A stretch of 23,545 bases of DNA. Source: Fibrobacterota bacterium (GTDB lineage: Bacteria; Fibrobacterota; Fibrobacteria; UBA11236). The position numbers and the translations under genes are program-made. The notes under the pieces were generated by a model. The model had not been told where the DNA came from and did no database searches. It worked only from the letters and a program-made list of their open reading frames with translations. Location of the stretch: NCBI GenBank assembly GCA_043753995.1, contig JAYUVP010000179.1, positions 1 through 23,545 of the forward strand, read 5' to 3'. Below are positions 15,798-23,545 of the stretch, one piece after another; the stretch's first letter is position 1; each line of letters opens with the position of its first letter.

Positions 15798-17000
15798 ATG
15801 ACCTTGGCTCCTGAAGCGGAAAACGACGCGAATGCGCAACTTCGCCCTCAGAGGGTGGCGGGCCGCATTTGGGTCAGCCTGAAAATCACCACCTTCGCCG
15901 GTGCCCTGATCTGTCTATTTCTCGACCATAATCTTACGGCCACGCTTTTCCTCCTGGGTTCGCTTTTTTTGGGAGCTTGGGCCAGCTTCAAAATTCGCCA
16001 CGACGATATCGAAAGGCCTTGGGCCTTGTTCTGGCTGGAGTTCAGCGAAAAGCTGATTGGCAATCTGATTTTCCTGGTGCTTTTTTTGCGCTTGCTCTGG
16101 CAACCGAGCCAGCCCTTCCCTACCGTTCTTTTAGCAGGCGTGATTGTTTTCACCTTACGCAATGTCTTTCACCTGATTTTCGCGGTCACTCTCCTGAAAG
16201 AGGGACGCATGTTGCCGATGAAGAGCATTTGGGGAAAGCTGAGCAATCTCATGCTCAACCTGACCATGCTGCTTTATGTCTGGAGCAGCGATCACTATGC
16301 CCGCATCATGATGGTGCTGAGCCTGCTATTGGTGATCTCCACTTCCATCGGCTATCTCTATTTCTATTACCGCGACGAGAATAGCCGTAAGCCCGTTTCC
16401 CTGGCGACCCAGGTCACCTTCAGCCGCATCCTATTATCGCCGGTTTTCATCTGGGTCTTTTTCTACGACAATAATCTCGTCTATCAGGACAATAATCTCG
16501 TCTTCAAAATCCTAGCCGCCCTCTTGGCGATTTTTCTGGTGGTGAGCGACGGGCTCGACGGCTATTTGGCCCGTAAACGCGGCGAAGTCTCGACCTTAGG
16601 GAAATACCTCGACCCTTACAGCGACAAGATTTCCAATATGGTCCTCTTTCTCTGTTTTCTTTCCTCGGGTTATGCAAAGGTTTGGATGGTCGCCCTCATC
16701 TTTTTCCGCGAATCGACGGTGGAAACCTTGCGGACTCTGGGCGCCGCCGCCGGCGTCACCATAGACGCTCGTAGGAGCGGCAAATGGAAAACCGCCCTGC
16801 AGGGGACGGCCACTATCATGATTTTGGTTTTAGAGATCGTCGATACCGTCCTAATGCGCTGGCGCCCCGATTTACAAGTGTGGCCTCAAGTCTGGGCTTG
16901 GATACCCTTCAGCCTCATGGCCGGCGTCACCCTCTTCACCCTCATCTCCGGCATCGATTATCTCGTTGCGAATAAGAAGGTGCTGGAGCGGTATTTTTAA
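15798..17000 (+). CDS. CDP-alcohol phosphatidyltransferase (PgsA-like) fused behind a degenerate N-terminal copy of the same fold
   Basis: C-half has SDGLDGYLARKRGEVSTLGKYLDPYSDK, RE and GKWKT. N-half is hydrophobic with colinear remnants (LEFSEKL, RN, WGKLSN) and no DGxxAR. Confidence 0.9.
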   Translation: MTLAPEAENDANAQLRPQRVAGRIWVSLKITTFAGALICLFLDHNLTATLFLLGSLFLGAWASFKIRHDDIERPWALFWLEFSEKLIGNLIFLVLFLRLLWQPSQPFPTVLLAGVIVFTLRNVFHLIFAVTLLKEGRMLPMKSIWGKLSNLMLNLTMLLYVWSSDHYARIMMVLSLLLVISTSIGYLYFYYRDENSRKPVSLATQVTFSRILLSPVFIWVFFYDNNLVYQDNNLVFKILAALLAIFLVVSDGLDGYLARKRGEVSTLGKYLDPYSDKISNMVLFLCFLSSGYAKVWMVALIFFRESTVETLRTLGAAAGVTIDARRSGKWKTALQGTATIMILVLEIVDTVLMRWRPDLQVWPQVWAWIPFSLMAGVTLFTLISGIDYLVANKKVLERYF

Positions 17001-17006
17001 AGCCTC

Positions 17007-18800
17007 TTACAATCCCTTGGTGGCCTTGATGCCAAAAACCGGGCCGGATAAATGCTTTTCTCCCACCGGCCAGCTCAGGTTCAGGTGATTCACCACTTTC
17101 TGCACTGACTTTGAAAAGCCGATGCGTAAACCGATGCCGGCAGCATAGTGCAAATCGCCTAAATCGACATCGTTATAAGTCGCATAGGTATTACCCGCAT
17201 TGAAATAAATAGCCAGGGCGGGCACCAAGGTGAGCGCCTCCAGGGGCGGGAAAAAACGTTCCTCCACCGCCATCAATACCCGTGCCTTGCCTACATAGAA
17301 GAAATTGGGATAGCCGTTCAACCCATTGTCATCTCCCAGGGTCAAATCGCGAGAGTCGGCGTCGGAAAAGATGTGCGAATAGGAACCCAAAGCCAGAAAA
17401 GAAGTCCACCACAAAGGCTTCCACTGCGTTTCCAGGTTTCCGTTCAAAGTACCGTCAATAATATTTTCGCCATCGCGCAGGAAATATCCCAAGCTCGCCG
17501 AACTGTTCAGAAAAACCTTATTAGCCCAGGTGTCATTGTAAACCCCCGCATGCGAAAAATACCAGTCGTCCTGATTCGCCCCGAGCCAGGTCTGATTTTG
17601 GGCGATGGAGGTGGTCAGTCGCCATCCCGTTTCAATGTTTTCGCTCCATTTCAAATTCCGAAAATTCCTCACTGTCTTGAAATCGTATTGATACAGGCTG
17701 AAAGTGGCGCCTAATTCCTCGTTATGGCGTAGATAAAGCGACGGCTCCGAAGATTTGCCGATGAGGCGATTGAGCGTGGTGTCATCGGGATTGAAGCCGC
17801 CTTCCACATAACGATCGACTCGGTTGTAATAAGGGGTCACCGAAGCTTTGAGGCGATACCCGAAAGTCCGAGTGACTCCCACATAGGTTGAATGATACCC
17901 CAACCCATTCCAATAGCCTACGGAGTGTGGCTTTCCATAATACTTGTCCACCGATTTCAATTTACCTTCGGCTTTAAGGCTGTCCAAAATACGAATGGGT
18001 ATATCATTCCCCGACAAATACAAGTTGTCGCTGAGAAGAGATCCGTCCATGGTGAAAGTGAAACCCCAGGTATCGTCTCGACTGCGTAGGGGACGTGAAA
18101 TCGATCCTTTATAGGAGTAACCATCCGACATCCACGTATACGATCCGGTCAAGGCCAGCCGCAAAGGCGTAAAATAGGTATTGGCATAGTCGAACCATCG
18201 CATGTCGCCATGCTCCAAATCATGGCCGATGAAAAATCCGAGGCGCTGGCCATAACCCAAGAGATTGCTTTCCACCGGCCCCAACCACCATATCCATTTG
18301 CCGCCCTTGCGATTGAGATTCGCCCCAAGTGTCGTCGTCCATTGATCGAAAGTGGTGACTTTGATTATTGATGTCGAGTCGTCCCGCTTTACGATTTCGA
18401 CATAGGCATCGGCGAGGAACTCTTCCGAACGCAAGTTCTTTTCGGTTTCGCGCAGAATTTCGGAATTCACGCTGTCGCCTTCGCGAAACAGCAGGCGACG
18501 CCGAATCACGCTTTCGCGCGTCTGTATATGCAAGGAATTCAAGATGTCGTAGGAGTACGCCTCCACCTCGGAATGCGTTTCGGCGCCATCAAAGGCATCG
18601 CGCACCACGATCACAATACTGTCCACCTTGGCGGAAAAGCCCTTGCTTAAATTTTCGGCGGCCTGATAGCCCGGCGTCGGCTCGAAAAAACGCGGCTTAC
18701 CGCCTGCACCAAAAACCGCTACCACCGATAAGGCCAGGATGGCCAGAGCCACACCTGCCGCCTTAGACACACGTAGGTGACGTATCTTATGCGTTAACAT
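17007..18800 (-). CDS. Omp85/BamA-TamA family outer membrane protein (POTRA + beta-barrel)
   Basis: POTRA motif TRESVIRRRLLFREGD...ETEKNLRSEEFL, ESNLLGYGQRL, LNGY loop, GIGLRIG. ATG 18800 has SD AAGGA; the longer ORF-track start lies inside rnpB. Confidence 0.85.
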   Translation of the reverse strand: MLTHKIRHLRVSKAAGVALAILALSVVAVFGAGGKPRFFEPTPGYQAAENLSKGFSAKVDSIVIVVRDAFDGAETHSEVEAYSYDILNSLHIQTRESVIRRRLLFREGDSVNSEILRETEKNLRSEEFLADAYVEIVKRDDSTSIIKVTTFDQWTTTLGANLNRKGGKWIWWLGPVESNLLGYGQRLGFFIGHDLEHGDMRWFDYANTYFTPLRLALTGSYTWMSDGYSYKGSISRPLRSRDDTWGFTFTMDGSLLSDNLYLSGNDIPIRILDSLKAEGKLKSVDKYYGKPHSVGYWNGLGYHSTYVGVTRTFGYRLKASVTPYYNRVDRYVEGGFNPDDTTLNRLIGKSSEPSLYLRHNEELGATFSLYQYDFKTVRNFRNLKWSENIETGWRLTTSIAQNQTWLGANQDDWYFSHAGVYNDTWANKVFLNSSASLGYFLRDGENIIDGTLNGNLETQWKPLWWTSFLALGSYSHIFSDADSRDLTLGDDNGLNGYPNFFYVGKARVLMAVEERFFPPLEALTLVPALAIYFNAGNTYATYNDVDLGDLHYAAGIGLRIGFSKSVQKVVNHLNLSWPVGEKHLSGPVFGIKATKGL

Positions 18801-18839
18801 AAAGCTTCCTTGCATGATGCGCATCGCCGACTGCCTAGC

Positions 18840-19260
18840 AAAGCGGGCCGATAAGCCGGGTTCTGTCTCGCCGAAAAGCTCTTGCGAGCCTCCAGCGGGA
18901 TGGCCATCCATCTGGGTCGACGATTACTCGCCGCCTCAAGCGACCTACCCGGCAATCCTGCCTCCGCCGTTTTCACGGCTAAGCGACACCGAACGGACCG
19001 TTCGTGGGATTGCCCTATTTGGTCTTGCACCGGATGGGGTTTACCCTGCCACCTCGGTCGCCCGAGGCGCGGTGAGCTCTTACCTCGCCGTTTCACCCTT
19101 ACCCAGGCCTCTTGCGAAGCCAGGGCGGTTTGTTTTCTGTGGCACTTTCCATCTCGTCGCCGAGTCTGGCCGTTAGCCAGCATCCTGTCCTGTGGTGCCC
19201 GGACTTTCCTCCAGCGCCGCATCCTCGCGGATGAACGCCAGCGGCCACCTGGCCCGCTTC
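18840..19260 (-). ncRNA. rnpB: RNase P RNA (bacterial type A)
   Basis: Minus strand: GAGGAAAGTCCGGGC, GAAAGTGCCACAGAAA, GGGTGAAACGGCGAGGTAAGAGCTCACC, GGTAAACCCCATCCGGTGCAAG, ACAGAACCCGGCTTAT; P1 helix GAAGCGGGCC/GGCCCGCTTT. Confidence 0.98.
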
Positions 19261-19334
19261 GCTGCGCAGTCGGTGCGTCAAGGTAAAACCATTTCCGCCT
19301 GGGTGATACCCTTGCTTGAATCAAATTGACGCCA

Positions 19335-20018
19335 TCAGCCTTGGTATTCATCACAATCCCAATGATGGTGTTCGAATTTCGTGGAGTCCTTGGCGTCAAT
19401 GAATAAATTGCCGCTTTCAATTTCGAAATAGTTCGATCGGCGGATTTCATAAATCACCGGGCTTGCCTGTATTCCTTTGATAACGATGGTGTCCGCGGAG
19501 TCTCGATGAGTGGCATAAAGGATCATACCATTGGGATTTTGGTCCATGCGATGGATCGCGTATCGCGAGCTTGAATCGATTGAATCGCAAACCGAAAATT
19601 TCATTTCGCCATTCGGAGTGAAAGACGCCGTGGACTGAACGCAACGACAGTCGGTTTGGGTGTAATAATCCTTTTTATCATCGCTTTGCAATACCTGAAT
19701 GAATCGGATGGATACCAGCGATAGGGAATCCAAGGTTTTGGACTCGGCGGGCATTACCGAATTCGTTTGCGAAGGCGGTGGGGGTTTTGCGGCATCTTGC
19801 TTTTTGCAATTCAAGAAAAGCAAGCAAAGGAGTGCCAGTAAGCCTGCGCAAACTTTCCTAGTTAGACCTGGAATGGATTGAAATTTTTTGCCCTGACGTG
19901 ATGCTACGGTCCCGCCGGGGAGGTGCCCCTTGGGGCGGTGGGGGTAGGTTGAGACCCCGCAAGCGTAGCGCGGAGGCTCAGCCGAGGGGGAGGCGTCCTC
20001 CCCAATTAAATGCAGCAT
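19335..20018 (-). CDS. Hypothetical lipoprotein-like protein, start ambiguous
   Basis: RKVCAGLLALLCLLFLNCKKQ signal/lipobox-like segment at about aa 54-74, then a Pro linker and globular domain. The only upstream in-frame ATG is 20018, with SD GGAGGTG. Confidence 0.7.
   Translation of the reverse strand: MLHLIGEDASPSAEPPRYACGVSTYPHRPKGHLPGGTVASRQGKKFQSIPGLTRKVCAGLLALLCLLFLNCKKQDAAKPPPPSQTNSVMPAESKTLDSLSLVSIRFIQVLQSDDKKDYYTQTDCRCVQSTASFTPNGEMKFSVCDSIDSSSRYAIHRMDQNPNGMILYATHRDSADTIVIKGIQASPVIYEIRRSNYFEIESGNLFIDAKDSTKFEHHHWDCDEYQG
19911..20003. repeat. GC-rich multi-hairpin REP-like element
   Basis: Hairpins at 19911-19942, 19947-19983 (loop region AAGCGTAGC) and 19987-20003 (GGGGAGG-cgt-CCTCCCC). 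Confidence 0.55.
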
Positions 20019-20022
20019 GCCC

Positions 20023-21324
20023 TCACCTCCAATTCATTTCTGTTTTGCTGTTCGCCTGCGGGCTTGCCTTCATCATCGCCAGCACTCCGAAAAGCGGTAT
20101 TAGCAGGCCCGGAAGCACGGTGGCCCACACGAAGGTCGTGCGTGAAGCGCCAGCCAAAACGTTTTCCAAGGCGGGGCCGCTCAGGGCCTCGAAGGCCGCC
20201 GCTCCTCCCGCCAAGGAAACCTTAGCGCGATCGTAGAGATGCCCGAATAAAGGCTGCGCGACGAAATCCGACAGGGTGCCCACCATGCCCATGAGGCCTA
20301 TGCCCAAGGCGCCCGCGCGCGCATGGCGTTGGGACATCATGACCAGCATGGCTGGCCACAAGGCGCTGGTTCCTAAAACCCAAAACAAAACCGCCGCCAT
20401 GCCGCTCCAGGGTTGGCGCGCCAAACCGAAAAGGGCCATGCCCGCCGTGGCGAAAACCGCGCTAATCGAGACCAAGACGAGCGGAGAAATGCGTCCCGCC
20501 ACGATGGCTAAAACCTGCCTCAAGGCGAACATGAGGCCGAAGGCAAAAAGCAAATAGGCACTCCCCGTCACTCCCGTGTTACGGGACAAGGTCAAGGGCA
20601 GCCAGGGCGGAGGCAGCAATTCCGTGGCTGCGGTGAAAACCATGCATAACAAAAGCCATAAACAAGCCGGTCGCAAGACCTCGCTCAGCATGAGGCGCGA
20701 TTGCGCCTCGCGCGTCGCCAGGACAATGGGAAAATGCACCCGAGGCCACAAGGCCACCATGGCCGCGATGGGCAAAAGCGCGACCGCAAATTGCGCACGC
20801 CAAGACCAATCCCATGCCGCCAAACCCGCGCCCACCAATGCCCCAATAAACATGCCACCTGGCCACCAAGCATGCAGGGCATTCATTTTACGCACACGGT
20901 CTTCGGGAAAAAGCGCGGGCACCAAGTTGTTGTTCACGGTTTCCAAAAAGCCGCCGCCCGCGCCAAGAAGCGTGCATCCCAGGACGAAAAGCCAAAGCGC
21001 GCCTTCGCCTTGCTTTGCGGGATCGGCCATCAAGGCCATGGTTCCGCCGAGAATCGAGAACAAGCAACTCGCTGCCATCAGAAAACGCATGCCCCAGCGA
21101 TTCATAGTGAAACCGGCCAAAACCTGGGCCAGGGCCGAGGCAATAGCAGGGCCGCCGAATGCGAAACCCAACCAACGCGCCGCCGTGAGCGGCGCCAGGG
21201 GCATGAATAAATCCTGCTCCAATTGCCGCGCCATCACCGCCATCAAGCCCACGCGCATGCCTTGACCTCCCAAGGCGAGCATGGCATAAAAAAAAGAAAG
21301 CGGCCAAATGCCGTGATAGCGCAA
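20023..21324 (-). CDS. MFS transporter (FucP/sugar permease-like)
   Basis: About 12 TM helices; NRWGMRFLM, ETVNNNLVPALFPEDRVRKMNALHAWWPGG, FTAATEL. Confidence 0.9.
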   Translation of the reverse strand: MRYHGIWPLSFFYAMLALGGQGMRVGLMAVMARQLEQDLFMPLAPLTAARWLGFAFGGPAIASALAQVLAGFTMNRWGMRFLMAASCLFSILGGTMALMADPAKQGEGALWLFVLGCTLLGAGGGFLETVNNNLVPALFPEDRVRKMNALHAWWPGGMFIGALVGAGLAAWDWSWRAQFAVALLPIAAMVALWPRVHFPIVLATREAQSRLMLSEVLRPACLWLLLCMVFTAATELLPPPWLPLTLSRNTGVTGSAYLLFAFGLMFALRQVLAIVAGRISPLVLVSISAVFATAGMALFGLARQPWSGMAAVLFWVLGTSALWPAMLVMMSQRHARAGALGIGLMGMVGTLSDFVAQPLFGHLYDRAKVSLAGGAAAFEALSGPALENVLAGASRTTFVWATVLPGLLIPLFGVLAMMKASPQANSKTEMNWR

Positions 21325-21348
21325 TCAGGGCTCCGCTTCTATCAAGAT

Positions 21349-21888
21349 TCAGAGCATGCCTTGCCGCTTGATGCGGTCGAGCAGGTGACGATATTGTTTA
21401 TCGGTGGCCATGGTGGAATCGATGCGCTTGCGGCGCAAGCCATCCGCCTCGGCGCAGCGACGGCCTTCCGCTGAGGCCAGCCAGGCGTCGTCAAAGGCTT
21501 TTTCCAAATTGTATTTGCGCTCCATTAATTTCTCCGCCGCAGGATCATTGGGCGAAACCCGCTTCAGCTTGATGGCGCGCAAGGTCGAATCGACCTTGGC
21601 CACTTCAGGATTGCCCTGGCGCTTTTCGGTCAAAAAGGCCCGCTGCGCGCGCGCGCATTGCGAAAGGTTTTGCTTGTCTTCGGGGGTGAGGCTGCGCTGG
21701 CGAATCGCACGCTCCAGCGAATCGCGCCTGGCCACCAGGGAATCCGGCCCGGTCAGGCTTTGAGCCGAAGCCATGGCACAAGCGAAAAGCAGGACCCAGG
21801 GGAGGGCTAAAGGCGCAGAGCGGAAAATAAGGGTTCCGGCGCAGAAAAATCGGGCTGAAGGGATAAGGCTTGGCTTCATGCTGGGCAA
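21349..21888 (-). CDS. Hypothetical secreted alpha-helical protein (start 21888 or 21879)
   Basis: Hydrophobic signal ending ASA/Q, charged helical body, co-directional with the MFS gene. Confidence 0.7.
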   Translation of the reverse strand: MPSMKPSLIPSARFFCAGTLIFRSAPLALPWVLLFACAMASAQSLTGPDSLVARRDSLERAIRQRSLTPEDKQNLSQCARAQRAFLTEKRQGNPEVAKVDSTLRAIKLKRVSPNDPAAEKLMERKYNLEKAFDDAWLASAEGRRCAEADGLRRKRIDSTMATDKQYRHLLDRIKRQGML

Positions 21889-21933
21889 TGTAACAGGTTA
21901 CGAAATGCCATACTTCCTACCTTGGCCTTCACT

Positions 21934-22644
21934 ATGAAAATCGACAAACTCACGGCCGATGAAGCCCGCGTTTTGGGAACCTTGCTGGAAAAAAGCCTGG
22001 CCACACCCGATTATTATCCCATGACCTTGGCGGGTTTGCGGCCCGCATGCAATCAAAAAACCTGCCGCGAGCCAGTTTCCGACCTCGATGAAGCCGCGCT
22101 ATCGCAAATCCTAGCGGGCCTCAAGCGTAAGACCTTGGTCGTTTTCGTACCCTATGGTTCTTCCGGACAAAATTTCAAGTATCGCCATTTTCTCGACGAT
22201 AACCGTTTCGATCTTTTTCCCCGGCATCTCGCCGTGCTTTCGGTTTTGCTATTGCGCGGCGCTCAAACCCTGAATGAAATCAAATTACGCACGGCTTCGC
22301 AGCATGCCTTCGCCGATTTAGCCATGGCTGAAAAAGCCTTGCATGAACTCGCGGAAAGAAGCCAATCCCTGGTCGAGCGGCTCGACAAGCGCACCGGCTG
22401 GAAGGAGCCGCGCTGGCGCCATCGGCTCTACGAATATGCCCAGGGCGAAGTCGGTTGGATATCGGGATCAGGATTGAGCGGAGGCCATCCGGAAGGTCAA
22501 ATCTCCGCCGCAAGTTACGGCGAAATAAGCGCAACAATCACAAACGAAAATCTACCCCTAAGCGAAGAAATCGCCACGCTCCGGGAGGAGGTGGCGACGT
22601 TGCGGCAAGAAGTGGCGGAGTTGAGAAAAGCCCTAGGGGGCTGA
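21934..22644 (+). CDS. yceH: YceH / DUF480 (UPF0502) family protein
   Basis: EARVLGTLLEKSLATPDYYPMTL, ACNQKTCREPV, LLLRGAQTLNEIKLR, KEPRWRH, C-terminal coiled coil. Confidence 0.93.
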   Translation: MKIDKLTADEARVLGTLLEKSLATPDYYPMTLAGLRPACNQKTCREPVSDLDEAALSQILAGLKRKTLVVFVPYGSSGQNFKYRHFLDDNRFDLFPRHLAVLSVLLLRGAQTLNEIKLRTASQHAFADLAMAEKALHELAERSQSLVERLDKRTGWKEPRWRHRLYEYAQGEVGWISGSGLSGGHPEGQISAASYGEISATITNENLPLSEEIATLREEVATLRQEVAELRKALGG

Positions 22645-22647
22645 ACT

Positions 22648-23457
22648 TCATTTAGCTCGCTGGGCTGGAGTGGCCGGACCAGAACTCGGATATAAATTGG
22701 AATTATCGGCACAAACCGAATCCAATTGCGTGCACTGAGATAAACGCCTTCGCAAGTCACCCCATGTCATGGGAGCCCTGACGGTATCAATGCATGGCAA
22801 AGCATTGTGAAGCCCCACGGGAAAAACCATATCTTTTTCTGAGAGTCCTGTGGCGCAAAGGATGGCTTGAGCTCCGGGAATTTTAACCAGCAGAAAAGAT
22901 TCACGTACACCCTTTTCTAATGGGTCTTTCGAAAACTTCGTGATAGCGGTATCGAATAGCGGAACCAAATTGGCATCGCCCATTTGCGAAACCAAGTAAG
23001 GCTTGCCTTTGGATGTGCTATCTACTATGGAATCGATGTAAATAGCGCTTCTGATACCTCTTTTGTCATTTTTGGGATTTCTCACCTCCACCGGAAAAAG
23101 TGAAGAGCGGTTTTGTATGAAGCTTTGCAAAGCCGTTGTATCTCCGGAGTCCAGCACCGACTTACACGAGAGAGTTATCGACTGAACGGGATTACCCAGT
23201 TGAGCCAGCTTCACTTCGTCGACGGAGACGAAACCGCCAATGGCAAAGGTCTCAGGGGAACTCGAAATGCGCTTGAAATCCTCTAGGCCCTTTGTCGCCG
23301 CAGCCTTTGAACTCTCGCCTCGAAAATCAACCTTGGTAACCCTATCCGGCGGCTTTGGCTCTGGGCATGGCTTTTTATGAATGCATGCCGAAAAGGCAGC
23401 CATTACAAAAGCCGCCAATAGGAATGAGTGATTTGAAATCGATTTCATGATTTTCAT
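22648..23457 (-). CDS. Hypothetical lipoprotein
   Basis: MKSISNHSFLLAAFVMAAFSAC lipobox and Pro-rich linker; visibly more AT-rich than neighbouring genes. Confidence 0.8.
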   Translation of the reverse strand: MKIMKSISNHSFLLAAFVMAAFSACIHKKPCPEPKPPDRVTKVDFRGESSKAAATKGLEDFKRISSSPETFAIGGFVSVDEVKLAQLGNPVQSITLSCKSVLDSGDTTALQSFIQNRSSLFPVEVRNPKNDKRGIRSAIYIDSIVDSTSKGKPYLVSQMGDANLVPLFDTAITKFSKDPLEKGVRESFLLVKIPGAQAILCATGLSEKDMVFPVGLHNALPCIDTVRAPMTWGDLRRRLSQCTQLDSVCADNSNLYPSSGPATPAQRAK

Positions 23458-23545
23458 CCTTCAGGCGGAAGTTTTATGATTCGATAATTAGTTCCAGCTA
23501 CATAGCCATAGGCTGACCCACCTGAATAGTAGGCCATGGTAATCC

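Noticed and set aside
18794..19450. ORFs of 218, 120, 134 and 60 aa, and the 18801-18911 extension of the Omp85 ORF
   Set aside because: They overlap the RNase P RNA gene and are shadow frames.
20276..21763. Long antisense and alternate-frame ORFs over the MFS and neighbouring genes (similar ones occur over GH2, DUF1501 and the repeat protein)
   Set aside because: Typical stop-poor shadow frames of GC-rich coding DNA with no recognisable motifs.

Overview
Bacterial chromosomal window of moderately high GC. A Tat-DUF1501 protein with a T9SS-CTD-like tail suggests the FCB group, possibly Fibrobacterota (inference only). It holds about 19 protein genes plus the RNase P RNA. In order: a truncated YD-like lipoprotein missed by the ORF track, TetR + DUF4386, a DUF3857/transglutaminase-like lipoprotein, EamA, DUF1800 + DUF1501, two divergent secreted proteins, a membrane-anchored GH2, radical SAM + MJ1255-type glycosyltransferase + double-domain CDP-alcohol phosphatidyltransferase, an Omp85-family barrel, rnpB, a lipoprotein, an MFS transporter, a helical secreted protein, YceH and a second lipoprotein. 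The most striking structure is at 1.36-4.51 kb. A 133-bp direct repeat (125/133 identical) includes the eamA 3' end and gives two unrelated genes a near-identical 24-aa C-terminus. All 8 differences are synonymous or fall in unpaired positions. A third copy behind tetR lacks the 77-bp hairpin module, and arm-like 9-bp repeats lie next to copy 1. This resembles a cassette-like gene array stacked at the eamA 3' end, with no integrase in the window. All family assignments come from motif recognition, not database searches.
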